From Eledone cirrhosa (Eukaryota): DNA of 64,000 nt. The stretch's first letter is position 1. Each line of letters opens with the position of its first letter. The notes under the pieces are model-generated. The model had not been told where the DNA came from. It saw only the letters and a program-made list of their open reading frames with translations, and did not search any database. The translations under genes were made by a program, and so were the position numbers. The stretch is from contig OZ024758.1 in assembly GCA_964016885.1 (NCBI GenBank), positions 34,348,001-34,412,000 of the forward strand, written 5' to 3'. Shown piece after piece: positions 26,801-41,600 of this stretch.

Positions 26801-28485
26801 CATGGTACTAGCTGTCAGAAGTAACTCCACTGTTGGTGAGAATTCATTTAAGTTCATGGTATTAGCTGTCAGAAGGAACGCCACTGTTGGTGAGAATTCA
26901 TTTAAGTTCATGGTATTAGCTGTCAGAAGTAACTCCACTGTTGGTGAGAATTCATTTAAGTTCATGGTACTAGCTGTCAGAAGTAACTCCACTGTTGGTG
27001 AGAATTCATTTAAGTTCATGGTATTAGCTGTCAGAAGTAACTCCACTGTTGGTGAGAATTCATTTAAGTTCATGGTACTAGCTGTGAGAAGTAACTCCAC
27101 TGTTGGTGAGAATTCATTAAAGTTCATGGTACTAGCTATCAGAAGTAACTCCACTGTTGGTGAGAATTCATTTAAGTTCATGGTACTAGCTGTCAGAAGT
27201 AACTCCAATGTTGGTGAGAATTCATTTAAGTTCATGGTATTAGCTGTCAGAAGTAACTCCACTGTTGGTGAGAATTCATTTAAGTTCATGGTACTAGCTG
27301 TCAGAAGTAACTCCACTGTTGGTGAGAATTCATTTAAGTTCATGGTATTAGCTGTCAGAAGTCACTCCAATGTTGGTGAGAATTCATTTAAGTTCGTGGT
27401 ATTAGCTGTCAGAAGTAACTCCACTGTTGGTGAGAATTCATTTAAGTTCATGGTATTAGCTGTCAGAAGTAACTCCACTGTTGGTGAGAATTCATTTAAG
27501 TTCATGGTATTAGCTGTCAGAAGTAACTCCACTGTTGGTGAGAATTCATTTAAGTTCATGGTATTAGCTGTCAGAAGGAACTCCAATGTTGGTGAGAATT
27601 CATTTAAGTCATGGTACTAGCTGTCAGAAGTAACTCCACTGTTGGTGAGAATTCATTTAAGTTCATGGTACTAGCTGTCAGAAGTAACTCCAATGTTGGT
27701 GAGAATTCATTTAAGTTCATGGTATTAGCTGTCAGAAGGAACTCCACTGTTGGTGAGAATTCATTTAAGTTCATGGTATTAGCTGTCAGAAGTAAGTCCA
27801 CTGTTGGTGAGAATTCATTTAAGTTCATGGTACTAGTTGTCAGAAGTAACTCCACTGTTGGTAAGAATTCATTTTAGTTCATGGTATTAGTTGTCAGAAG
27901 TAACTCCACTGTTGGTGAGAATTCATTTAAGTCATGGTATTAGTTGTCAGAAGTAACTCCAATGTTGGTGAGAATTCATTTAAGTTCATGGTACTAGCTG
28001 TCAGAAGTAACTCCACTGTTGGTGAGAATTCATTTAAGTTCATGGTATTAGCTGTCAGAAGTAACTCCACTGTTGGTGAGAATTCATTTAAGTCATTGTA
28101 TTAGCTGTCAGAAGTAACTCCATTGTTGGTGAGAATTCATTTAAGTCATGGTACTAGCTGTCAGAAGTAACTCCAATGTTGATGAGAATTCATTTAAGTT
28201 CATGGTATTAGCAGTCAGAAGTAACTCCACTGTTGGTGAGAATTCATTTAAGTTCATGGTATTAGCTGTCAGAAGTAACTCCACTGTTGGTGAGAATTCA
28301 TTTAAGTTCATGGTACTAGCTGTCAGAAGTAACTCCACTGTTGGTGAGAATTCATTTAAGTTCATTGTATTAGTTTGTCAGAAGTAACTCCACTGTTGGT
28401 GAGAATTCATTTAAGTCATGGTATTAGTTGTCAGAAGTAACTCCAATGTTGGTTAGAATTCATTTAAGTTCATGGTATTAGCTGT
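23820..28485. repeat. Tandem duplication of a 2369-bp (44-monomer) unit
   Basis: Constant 2369 offset at 23841/26210, 24164/26533, 24433/26802, 25242/27611 and 25779/28148. Shared variants are GTCAAAAG, TCATTAAAG and TTCATTGTATTAGTTTG. Confidence 0.93.
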
Positions 28486-29699
28486 CAGAAGTAACTCCAC
28501 TGTTGGTGAGAATTCATTTAAGTTCATGGTATTAGCTGTCAGAAGAAACTCCACTGTTGGTGAGAATTCATTTAAGTCATGGTATTAGCTGTCAGAAGTA
28601 ACTCCATTGTTGGTGAGAATTCATTTAAGTCATGGTACTAGCTGTCAGAAGTAACTCCACTGTTGGTGAGAATTCATTTAAGTTCATGGTACTAGCTGTC
28701 AGAAGTAACTCCACTGTTGGTGAGAATTCATTTAAGTTCATGGTACTAGCTGTCAGAAGTAACTCCACTGTTGGTGAGAATTCATTTAAGTTCATGGTAC
28801 TAGCTGTCAGAAGTAACTCCACTGTTGGTGAGAATTCATTTAAGTTCATGGTATTAGTTTGTCAGAAGTAACTCCACTGTTGGTGAGAATTCATTTAAGT
28901 CATGGTATCAGTTGTCAGATGTAACTCCAATGTTGGTGAGAATTCATTTAAGTCATGGTACTAGCTGTCAGAAGTAACTCCAATGTTGGTGAGAATTCAT
29001 TTAAGTTCATGGTATTAGCTCTCAGAAGTAACTCCACTGTTGGTGAGAATTCATTTAAGTTCATGGTATTAGCTGTCAGAAGTAACTCCACTGTTGGTGA
29101 GAATTCATTTAAGTTCATGGTATTAGCTGTCAGATGTAACTCCACTGTTGGTGAGAATTCATTTAAGTTCATGGTATTAGCTGTCAGAAGGAACTCCAAT
29201 GTTGGTGAGAATTCATTTAATCATGGTACTAGCTGTCAGAAGTAACTCCACTGTTGGTGAGAATTCATTTAAGTTCATGGTATTAGCTGTCAGAAGGAAC
29301 ACTACTGTTGGTGAGAATTCATTTAAGTTCATGGTATTAGCTGTCAGAAGTAACTCCACTGTTGGTGAGAATTCATTTAAGTTCATGGTACTAGCTGTCA
29401 GAAGTAACTCCAATGTTGGTGAGAATTCATTTAAGTTCATGGTATTAGCTGTCAGAAGTAACTCCACTGTTGGTGAGAATTCATTTAAGTTCATGGTACT
29501 AGCTGTCAGAAGTAACTCCAATGTTGGTGAGAATTCATTTAAGTTCATGGTATTAGCTGTCAGAAGTAACTCCACTGTTGGTGAGAATTCATTTAAGTTC
29601 ATGGTACTAGCTGTCAGAAGTAACTCCACAGTTGGTGAGAATTCATTTAAGTTCATGGTATTAGCTGTCAGAAGTCACTCCAATGTTGGTGAGAATTCA

Positions 29700-32600
29700 T
29701 TTAAGTTCATGGTATTAGCTGTCAGAAGTCACTCCACTGTTGGTGAGAATTCATTTAAGTTCATGGTACTAGCTGTCAGAAGTAACCCCAATGTTGGTGA
29801 GAATTCATTTAAGTTCATGGTATTAGCTGTCAGAAGTCACTCCAATGTTGGTGAGAATTCATTTAAGTTCGTGGTATTAGCTGTCAGAAGTAACTCCACT
29901 GTTGGTGAGAATTCATTTAAGTTCATGGTATTAGCTGTCAGAAGTAACTCCACTGTTGGTGAGAATTCATTTAAGTTCATTGTATTAGCTGTCAGAAGTA
30001 ACTCCACTGTTGGTGAGAATTCATTTAAGTTCATGGTATTAGCTGTCAGAAGGAACTCCAATGTTGGTGAGAATTCATTTAAGTCATGGTACTAGCTGTC
30101 AGAAGTAACTCCACTGTTGGTGAGAATTCATTTAAGTTCATGGTATTAGCTGTCAGAAGTAACTCCACTGTTGGTGAGAATTCATTTAAGTTCATGGTAC
30201 TAGCTGTCAGAAGTAACTCCACTGTTGGTAAGAATTCATTTAAGTTCATGGTATTAGCTGTCAGAAGTAACTCCACTGTTGGTGAGAATTCATTTAAGTT
30301 CATGGTACTAGTTGTCAGAAGTAACTCCACTGTTGGTAAGAATTCATTTTAGTTCATGGTATTAGTTGTCAGAAGTAACTCCACTGTTGGTGAGAATTCA
30401 TTTAAGTCATGGTATTAGTTGTCAGAAGTAACTCCAATGTTGGTGAGAATTCATTTAAATTCATGGTACTAGCTGTCAGAAGTAACTCCACTGTTGGTGA
30501 GAATTCATTTAAGTTCATGGTATTAGCTGTCAGAAGTAACTCCACTGTTGGTGAGAATTCATTTAAGTCATGGTATTAGCTGTCAGAAGTAACTCCATTG
30601 TTGGTGAGAATTCATTTAAGTCATGGAACTAGCTGTCATAAGTAACTCCAATGTTGGTGAGAATTCATTTAAGTTCATGGTATTAGCTGTCAGAAGTAAC
30701 TCCACTGTTGGTGAGAATTCATTTAAGTTCATGGTACTAGCTGTCAGAAGTAACTCAACTGTTGGTGAGAATTCATTTAAGTTCATGGTATTAGCTGTCA
30801 GAAGTAACTCCAATGTTGGTGAGAGTTCATTTAAGTTCATGGTATTAGCTGTCAGAAGTAACTCCACTGTTGGTGAGAATTCATTTAAGTTCATGGTATT
30901 AGCTGTCAGAAGTAACGCCACTGTTGGTGAGAATTCATTTAAGTTCATGGTACTAGCTGTCAGAAGTAACTCCACTGTTGGTGAGAATTCATTTAAGTTC
31001 ATGGTATTAGTTTGTCAGAAGTAACTCCACTGTTGGTGAGAATTCATTTAAGTCATGGTATTAGTTGTCAGAAGTAACTCCAATGTTGGTGAGAATTCAT
31101 TTAAGTTCATGGTATTAGCTGTCAGAAGTAACTCCACTGTTGGTGAGAGTTCTTTTAAGTTCATGGTATTAGCTGTCAGAAGTAACTCTACTGTTGGTGA
31201 GAATTCATTTAAGTCATGGTAATAGCTGTCAGAAGTAACTCCATTGTTGGTGAGAATTCATTTAAGTCATGGTACTAGCTGTCAGAAGTAACTCCACTGT
31301 TGGTGAGAATTCATTTAAGTTCATGGTACTAGCTGTCAGAAGTAACTCCACTGTTGGTGTGAATTCATTTAAGTTCATGGTACTAGCTGTCAGAAGTAAC
31401 TCCACTGTTGGTGAGAATTCATTTAAGTTCATGGTACTAGCTGTCAGAAGTAACTCCACTGTTGGTGAGAATTCATTTAAGTTCATGGTATTAGCTGTCA
31501 GAAGGAACTCCAATGTTGGTGAGAATTCATTTAAGTCATGGTACTAGCTGTCAGAAGTAACTCCACTGTTGGTGAGAATTCATTTAAGTTCATGGTACTA
31601 GCTGTCAGAAGTAACTCCACTGTTGGTGAGAATTCATTTAAGTTCATGGTATTAGCTGTCAGAAGTAACTCCACTGTTGGTGAGAATTCATTTAAGTTCA
31701 TGGTATTAGCTGTCAGAAGTAACTCCACTGTTGGTGAGAATTCATTTAAGTTCATGGTATTAGCTGTCAGAAGTAACTCCACTGTTGGTGAGAATTCATT
31801 TAAGTTCATGGTATTAGCTGTCAGAAGGAACTCCAATGTTGGTGAGAATTCATTTAAGTCATGGTACTAGCTGTCAGAAGTAACTCCACTGTTGGTGAGA
31901 ATTCATTTAAGTTCATGGTATTAGCTGTCAGAAGAAACGCCACTGTTGGTGAGAATTCATTTAAGTTCATGGTATTAGCTGTCAGAAGTAACTCCACTGT
32001 TGGTGAGAATTCATTTAAGTTCATGGTACTAGCTGTCAGAAGTAACTCCACTGTTGGTGAGAATTCATTTAAGGTCATGGTATTAGCTGTCAGAAGTAAC
32101 TCCACTGTTGGTGAGAATTCATTTAAGTTCATGGTACTAGCTGTCAGATGTAACTCCACTGTTGGTGAGAATTCATTTAAGTTCATGGTACTAGCTATCA
32201 GAAGTAACTCCACTGTTGGTGAGAATTCATTTAAGTTCATGGTACTAGCTGTCAGAAGTAACTCCAATGTTGGTGAGAATTCATTTAAGTTCATGTTATT
32301 AGCTGTCAGAAGTAACTCCACTGTTGGTGAGAATTCATTTAAGTTCATGGTACTAGCTGTCAGAAGTAACTCCACTGTTGGTGAGAATTCATTTAAGTTC
32401 ATGGTATTAGCTGTCAGAAGTCACTCCAATGTTGGTGAGAATTCATTTAAGTTCGTGGTATTAGCTGTCAGAAGTAACTCCACTGTTGGTGAGAATTCAT
32501 TTAAGTTCATGGTATTAGCTGTCAGAAGTAACTCCACTGTTGGTGAGAATTCATTTAAGTTCATGGTATTAGCTGTCAGAAGTAACTCCACTGTTGGTGA

Positions 32601-35600
32601 GAATTCATTTAAGTTCATGGTATTAGCTGTCAGAAGGAACTCCAATGTTGGTGAGAATTCATTTAAGTCATGGTACTAGCTGTCAGAAGTAAGTCCACTG
32701 TTGGTGAGAATTCATTTAAGTTCATGGTACTAGCTGTAAGAAGTAACTCCAATGTTGGTGAGAATTCATTTAAGTTCATGGTATTAGCTGTCAGAAGGAA
32801 CTCCACTGTTGGTGAGAATTCATTTAAGTTCATGGTATTAGCTGTCAGAAGTAAGTCCACTGTTGGTGAGAATTCATTTAAGTTCATGGTACTAGTTGTC
32901 AGAAGTAACTCCACTGTTGGTAAGAATTCATTTTAGTTCATGGTATTAGTTGTCAGAAGTAACTCCACTGTTGGTGAGAATTCATTTAAGTCATGGTATT
33001 AGTTGTCAGAAGTAACTCCAATGTTGGTGAGAATTCATTTAAGTTCATGGTACTAGCTGTCAGAAGTAACTCCACTGTTGGTGAGAATTCATTTAAGTTC
33101 ATGGTATTAGCTGTCAGAAGTAACTCCACTGTTGGTGAGAATTCATTTAAGTCATGGTATTAGCTGTCAGAAGTAACACCATTGTTGGTGAGAATTCATT
33201 TAAGTCATGGTACTAGCTGTCAGAAGTAACTCCACTGTTGGTGAGAATTCATTTAAGTTCATGGTACTAGCTGTCAGAAGTAACTCCACTGTTGGTGAGA
33301 ATTCATTTAAGTTCATGGTACTAGCTGTCAGAAGTAACTCCACTGTTGGTGAGAATTCATTTAAGTTCATGGTATTAGTTTGTCAGAAGTAACTCCACTG
33401 TTGGTGAGAATTCATTTAAGTCATGGTATTAGTTGTCAGAAGTAACTCCAATGTTGGTGAGAATTCATTTAAGTCATGGTACTAGCTGTCAGAAGTAACT
33501 CCAATGTTGGTGAGAATTCATTTAAGTTCATGGTATTAGCTCTCAGAAGTAACTCCACTGTTGGTGAGAATTCATTTAAGTTCATGGTATTAGCTGTCAG
33601 AAGTAACTCCACTGTTGGTGAGAATTCATTTAAGTTCATGGTATTAGCTGTCAGAAGTAACTCCACTGTTGGTGAGAATTCATTTAAGTTCATGGTATTA
33701 GCTGTCAGAAGGAACTCCAATGTTGGTGAGAAATCATTTAAGTCATGGTACTAGCTGTCAGAAGTAACTCCACTGTTGGTGAGAATTCATTTAAGTTCAT
33801 GGTATTAGCTGTCAGAAGGAACGCCACTGTTGGTGAGAATTCATTTAAGTTCATGGTATTAGCTGTCAGAAGTAACTCCACTGTTGGTGAGAATTCATTT
33901 AAGTTCATGGTACTAGCTGTCAGAAGTAACTCCAATGTTGGTGAGAATTCATTTAAGTTCATGGTATTAGCTGTCAGAAGTAACTCCACTGTTGGTGAGA
34001 ATTCATTTAAGTTCATGGTACTAGGGGTCAGAAGTAACTCCACTTTTGGTGAGAATTCATTTAAGTTCATGGTACTAGCTGTCAGAAGTAACTCCACTGT
34101 TGGTGAGAATTCATTAAAGTTCATGGTACTAGCTGTCAGAAGTAACTCCAATGTTGGTGAGAATTCATTTAAGTTCATGGTATTAGCTGTCAGAAGTAAC
34201 TCCACTGTTGGTGAGAATTCATTTAAGTTCATGGTACTAGCTGTCAGAAGTAACTCCACTGTTGGTGAGAATTCATTTAAGTTCATGGTATTAGCTGTCA
34301 GAAGTCACTCCAATGTTGGTGAGAATTCATTTAAGTTCATGGTATTAGCTGTCAGAAGTCACTCCACTGTTGGTGAGAATTCATTTAAGTTCATGGTACT
34401 AGCTGTCAGAAGTAACCCCAATGTTGGTGAGAATTCATTTAAGTTTATGGTATTAGCTGTCAGAAGTCACTCCAATGTTGGTGAGAATTCATTTAAGTTC
34501 GTGGTATTAGCTGTCAGAAGTAACTCCACTGTTGGTGAGAATTCATTTAAGTTCATGGTATTAGTTGTCAGAAGTAACTCCACTGTTGGTGAGAATTCAT
34601 TTAAGTTCATTGTATTAGCTGTCAGAAGTAACTCCACTGTTGGTGAGAATTCATTTAAGTTCATGGTATTAGCTGTCAGAAGGAACTCCAATGTTGGTGA
34701 GAATTCATTTAAGTCATGGTACTAGCTGTCAGAAGTAACTCCACTGTTGGTGAGAATTCATTTAAGTTCATGGTATTAGCTGTCAGAAGGAACGCCACTG
34801 TTGGTGAGAATTCATTTAAGTTCATGGTATTAGCTGTCAGAAGTAACTCCACTGTTGGTGAGAATTCATTTAAGTTCATGGTACTAGCTGTCAGAAGTAA
34901 CTCCACTGTTGGTAAGAATTCATTTAAGTTCATGGTATTAGCTGTCAGAAGTAACTCCACTGTTGATTAGAATTCATTTAAGTTCATGGTACTAGTTGTC
35001 AGAAGTAACTCCACTGTTGGTAAGAATTCATTTTAGTTCATGGTATTAGTTGTCAGAAGTAACTCCACTGTTGGTGAGAATTCATTTAAGTCATGGTATT
35101 AGTTGTCAGAAGTAACTCCAATGTTGGTGAGAATTCATTTAAATTCATGGTACTAGCTGTCAGAAGTAACTCCACTGTTGGTGAGAATTCATTTAAGTTC
35201 ATGGTATTAGCTGTCAGAAGTAACTCCACTGTTGGTGAGAATTCATTTAAGTCATAGTATTAGCTGTCAGAAGTAACTCCATTGTTGGTGAGAATTCATT
35301 TAAGTCATGGTACTAGCTGTCAGAAGTAACTCCAATGTTGGTGAGAATTCATTTAAGTTCATGGTATTAGCTGTCAGAAGTAACTCCACTGTTGGTGAGA
35401 ATTCATTTAAGTTCATGGTACTAGCTGTCAGAAGTAACTCCACTGTTGGTGAGAATTCATTTAAGTTCATGGTATTAGTTTGTCAGAAGTAACTCCACTG
35501 TTGGTGAGAATTCATTTAAGTCATGGTATTAGTTGTCAGAAGTAACCCCAATGTTGGTGAGAATTCATTTAAGTTTGTGGTATTAGCTGTCAGAAGTCAC

Positions 35601-38600
35601 TCCACTGTTGGTGAGAATTCATTTAAGTTCATGGTACTAGCTGTCAGAAGTAACCCCAATGTTGGTGAGAATTCATTTAAGTTCATGGTATTAGCTGTCA
35701 GAAGTCACTCCAATGTTGGTGAGAATTCATTTAAGTTCGTGGTATTAGCTGTCAGAAGTAACTCCACTGTTGGTGAGAATTCATTTAAGTTCATGGTATT
35801 AGCTGTCAGAAGTAACTCCACTGTTGGTGAGAATTCATTTAAGTTCATGGTATTAGCTGTCAGAAGGAACTCCAATGTTGGTGAGAATTCATTTAAGTCA
35901 TGGTACTAGCTGTCAGAAGTAACTCCACTGTTGGTGAGAATTCATTTAAGTTCATGGTATTAGCTGTCAGAAGTAACTCCACTGTTAGTGAGAATTCATT
36001 TAAGTTCATGGTACTAGCTGTCAGAAGTAACTCCACTGTTGGTAAGAATTCATTTAAGTTCATGGTATTAGCTGTCAGAAGTAACTCCACTGTTGGTGAG
36101 AATTCATTTAAGTTCATGGTACTAGTTGTCAGAAGTAACTCCACTGTTGGTAAGAATTCATTTTAGTTCATGGTATTAGTTGTCAGAAGTAACTCCACTG
36201 TTGGTGAGAATTCATTTAAGTCATGGTATTAGTTGTCAGAAGTAACTCCAATGTTGGTGAGAATTCATTTAAGTCATGGTATTAGCTGTCAGAAGTAACT
36301 CCATTGTTGGTGAGAATTCATTTAAGTCATGGTACTAGCTGTCATAAGTAACTCCAATGTTGGTGAGAATTCATTTAAGTTCATGGTATTAGCTGTCAGA
36401 AGTAACTCCACTGTTGGTGAGAATTCATTTAAGTTCATGGTACTAGCTGTCAGAAGTAACTCAACTGTTGGTGAGAATTCATTTAAGTTCATGGTATTAG
36501 CTGTCAGAAGTAACTCCAATGTTGGTGAGAGTTCATTTAAGTTCATGGTATTAGCTGTCAGAAGTAACTCCACTGTTGGTGAGAATTCATTTAAGTTCAT
36601 GGTATTAGCTGTCAGAAGTAACTCCACTGTTGGTGAGAATTCATTTAAGTTCATGGTACTAGCTGTCAGAAGTAACTCCACTGTTGGTGAGAATTCATTT
36701 AAGTTCATGGTATTAGTTTGTCAGAAGTAACTCCACTGTTGGTGAGAATTCATTTAAGTCATGGTATTAGTTGTCAGAAGTAACTCCAATGTTGGTGAGA
36801 ATTCATTTAAGTTCATGGTATTAGCTGTCAGAAGTAACTCCACTGTTGGTGAGAGTTCTTTTAAGTTCATGGTATTAGCTGTCAGAAGTAACTCTACTGT
36901 TGGTGAGAATTCATTTAAGTCATGGTAATAGCTGTCAGAAGTAACTCCATTGTTGGTGAGAATTCATTTAAGTCATGGTACTAGCTGTCAGAAGTAACTC
37001 CACTGTTGGTGAGAATTCATTTAAGTTCATGGTACTAGCTGTCAGAAGTAACTCCACTGTTGGTGTGAATTCATTTAAGTTCATGGTACTAGCTGTCAGA
37101 AGTAACTCCACTGTTGGTGAGAATTCATTTAAGTTCATGGTACTAGCTGTCAGAAGTCACTCCAATGTTGGTGAGAATTCATTTAAGTTCATGGTATTAG
37201 CTGTCAGAAGTAACTCCACTGTTGGTGAGAATTCATTTAAGTTCATGGTATTAGCTGTCAGAAGGAACTCCAATGTTGGTGAGAATTCATTTAAGTCATG
37301 GTACTAGCTGTCAGAAGTAACTCAACTGTTGGTGAGAATTCATTTAAGTTCATGGTACTAGCTGTCAGAAGTAACTCCACTGTTGGTGAGAATTCATTTA
37401 AGTTCATGGTATTAGCTGTCAGAAGTAACTCCACTGTTGGTGAGAATTCATTTAAGTTCATGGTATTAGCTGTCAGAAGTAACTCCACTGTTGGTGAGAA
37501 TTCATTTAAGTTCATGGTATTAGCTGTCAGAAGTAACTCCACTGTTGGTGAGAATTCATTTAAGTTCATGGTATTAGCTGTCAGAAGGAACTCCAATGTT
37601 GGTGAGAATTCATTTAAGTCATGGTACTAGCTGTCAGAAGTAACTCCACTGTTGGTGAGAATTCATTTAAGTTCATGGTATTAGCTGTCAGAAGAAACGC
37701 CACTGTTGGTGAGAATTCATTTAAGTTCATGGTATTAGGTGTCAGAAGTAACTCCACTGTTGGTGAGAATTCATTTAAGTTCATGGTACTAGCTGTCAGA
37801 AGTAACTCCACTGTTGGTGAGAATTCATTTAAGTTCATGGTATTAGCTGTCAGAAGTAACTCCACTGTTGGTGAGAATTCATTTAAGTTCATGGTACTAG
37901 CTGTCAGATGTAACTCCACTGTTGGTGAGAATTCATTTAAGTTCATGGTACTAGCTATCAGGAGTAACTCCACTGTTGGTGAGAATTCATTTAAGTTCAT
38001 GGTACTAGCTGTCAGAAGTAACTCCAATGTTGGTGAGAATTCATTTAAGTTCATGTTATTAGCTGTCAGAAGTAACTCCACTGTTGGTGAGAATTCATTT
38101 AAGTTCATGGTACTAGCTGTCAGAAGTAACTCCACTGTTGGTGAGAATTCATTTAAGTTCATGGTATTAGCTGTCAGAAGTCACTCCAATGTTGGTGAGA
38201 ATTCATTTAAGTTCGTGGAATTAGCTGTCAGAAGTAACTCCACTGTTGGTGAGAATTCATTTAAGTTCATGGTATTAGCTGTCAGAAGTAACTCCACTGT
38301 TGGTGAGAATTCATTTAAGTTCATGGTATTAGCTGTCAGAAGTAACTCCACTGTTGGTGAGAATTCATTTAAGTTCATGGTATTAGCTGTCAGAAGGAAC
38401 TCCAATGTTGGTGAGAATTCATTTAAGTCATGGTACTAGCTGTCAGAAGTAAGTCCACTGTTGGTGAGAATTCATTTAAGTTCATGGTACTAGCTGTCAG
38501 AAGTAACTCCAATGTTGGTGAGAATTCATTTAAGTTCATGGTATTAGCTGTCAGAAGGAACTCCACTGTTGGTGAGAATTCATTTAAGTTCATGGTATTA

Positions 38601-41600
38601 GCTGTCAGAAGTAAGTCCACTGTTGGTGAGAATTCATTTAAGTTCATGGTACTAGTTGTCAGAAGTAACTCCACTGTTGGTAAGAATTCATTTTAGTTCA
38701 TGGTATTAGTTGTCAGAAGTAACTCCACTGTTGGTGAGAATTCATTTAAGTCATGGTATTAGTTGTCAGAAGTAACTCCAATGTTGGTGAGAATTCATTT
38801 AAGTTCATGGTACTAGCTGTCAGAAGTAACTCCACTGTTGGTGAGAATTCATTTAAGTTCATGGTATTAGCTGTCAGAAGTAACTCCACTGTTGGTGAGA
38901 ATTCATTTAAGTCATGGTATTAGCTGTCAGAAGTAACTCCATTGTTGGTGAGAATTCATTTAAGTCATGGTACTAGCTGTCAGAAGTAACTCCAATGTTG
39001 ATGAGAATTCATTTAAGTTCATGGTATTAGCTGTCAGAAGTAACTCCACTGTTGGTGAGAATTCATTTAAGTCATGGTATTAGTTGTCAGAAGTAACTCC
39101 AATGTTGGTGAGAATTCATTTAAGTTCATGGTATTAGCTGTCAGAAGTAACTCCACTGTTGGTGAGAATTCATTTAAGTTCATGGTATTAGCTGTCAGAA
39201 GTAACTCCACTGTTGGTGAGAATTCATTTAAGTCATGGTATTAGCTGTCAGAAGTAACACCATTGTTGGTGAGAATTCATTTAAGTCATGGTACTAGCTG
39301 TCAGAAGTAACTCCACTGTTGGTGAGAATTCATTTAAGTTCATGGTACTAGCTGTCAGAAGTAACTCCACTGTTGGTGAGAATTCATTTAAGTTCATGGT
39401 ATTAGCTGTCAGAAGTCACTCCAATGTTGGTGAGAATTCATTTAAGTTCGTGGTATTAGCTGTCAGAAGTAACTCCACTGTTGGTGAGAATTCATTTAAG
39501 TTCATGGTATTAGCTGTCAGAAGTAACTCCACTGTTGGTGAGAATTCATTTAAGTTCATGGTATTAGCTGTCAGAAGTAACTCCACTGTTGGTGAGAATT
39601 CATTTAAGTTCATGGTATTAGCTGTCAGAAGGAACACCAATGTTGGTGAGAATTCATTTAAGTCATGGTACTAGCTGTCAGAAGTAAGTCCACTGTTGGT
39701 GAGAATTCATTTAAGTTCATGGTACTAGCTGTCAGAAGTAACTCCAATGTTGGTGAGAATTCATTTAAGTTCATGGTATTAGCTGTCAGAAGGAACTCCA
39801 CTGTTGGTGAGAATTCATTTAAGTTCATGGTATTAGCTGTCAGAAGTAAGTCCACTGTTGGTGAGAATTCATTTAAGTTCATGGTACTAGTTGTCAGAAG
39901 TAACTCCACTGTTGGTAAGAATTCATTTTAGTTCATGGTATTAGTTGTCAGAAGTAACTCCACTGTTGGTGAGAATTCATTTAAGTCATGGTATTAGTTG
40001 TCAGAAGTAACTCCAATGTTGGTGAGAATTCATTTAAGTTCATGGTACTAGCTGTCAGAAGTAACTCCACTGTTGGTGAGAATTCATTTAAGTTCATGGT
40101 ATTAGCTGTCAGAAGTAACTCCACTGTTGGTGAGAATTCATTTAAGTCATGGTATTAGCTGTCAGAAGTAACTCCATTGTTGGTGAGAATTCATTTAAGT
40201 CATGGAACTAGCTGTCAGAAGTAACTCCAATGTTGATGAGAATTCATTTAAGTTCATGGTATTAGCTGTCAGAAGTAACTCCACTGTTGGTGAGAATTCA
40301 TTTAAGTCATGGTATTAGTTGTCAGAAGTAACTCCAATGTTGGTGAGAATTCATTTAAGTTCATGGTATTAGCTGTCAGAAGTAACTCCACTGTTGGTGA
40401 GAATTCATTTAAGTTCATGGTATTAGCTGTCAGAAGTAACACCATTGTTGGTGAGAATTCATTTAAGTCATGGTACTAGCTGTCAGAAGTAACTCCACTG
40501 TTGGTGAGAATTCATTTAAGTTCATGGTACTAGCTGTCAGAAGTAACTCCACTGTTGGTGAGAATTCATTTAAGTCATGGTACTAGCTGTCAGAAGTAAC
40601 TCCAATGTTGGTGAGAATTCATTTAAGTTCATGGTATTAGCTCTCAGAAGTAACTCCACTGTTGGTGAGAATTCATTTAAGTTCATGGTATTAGCTGTCA
40701 GAAGTAACTCCACTGTTGGTGAGAATTCATTTAAGTTCATGGTATTAGCTGTCAGAAGTAACTCCACTGTTGGTGAGAATTCATTTAAGTTCATGGTATT
40801 AGCTGTCAGAAGGAACTCCAATGTTGGTGAGAAATCATTTAAGTCATGGTACTAGCTGTCAGAAGTAACTCCACTGTTGGTGAGAATTCATTTAAGTTCA
40901 TGGTATTAGCTGTCAGAAGGAACGCCACTGTTGGTGAGAATTCATTTAAGTTCATGGTATTAGCTGTCAGAAGTAACTCCACTGTTGGTGAGAATTCATT
41001 TAAGTTCATGGTACTAGCTGTCAGAAGTAACTCCAATGTTGGTGAGAATTCATTTAAGTTCATGGTATTAGCTGTCAGAAGTAACTCCACTGTTGGTGAG
41101 AATTCATTTAAGTTCATGGTACTAGGGGTCAGAAGTAACTCCACTTTTGGTGAGAATTCATTTAAGTTCATGGTACTAGCTGTCAGAAGTAACTCCACTG
41201 TTGGTGAGAATTCATTAAAGTTCATGGTACTAGCTGTCAGAAGTAACTCCAATGTTGGTGAGAATTCATTTAAGTTCATGGTATTAGCTGTCAGAAGTAA
41301 CTCCACTGTTGGTGAGAATTCATTTAAGTTCATGGTACTAGCTGTCAGAAGTAACTCCACTGTTGGTGAGAATTCATTTAAGTTCATGGTATTAGCTGTC
41401 AGAAGTCACTCCAATGTTGGTGAGAATTCATTTAAGTTCATGGTATTAGCTGTCAGAAGTCACTCCACTGTTGGTGAGAATTCATTTAAGTTCATGGTAC
41501 TAGCTGTCAGAAGTAACCCCAATGTTGGTGAGAATTCATTTAAGTTCATGGTATTAGCTGTCAGAAGTCACTCCAATGTTGGTGAGAATTCATTTAAGTT

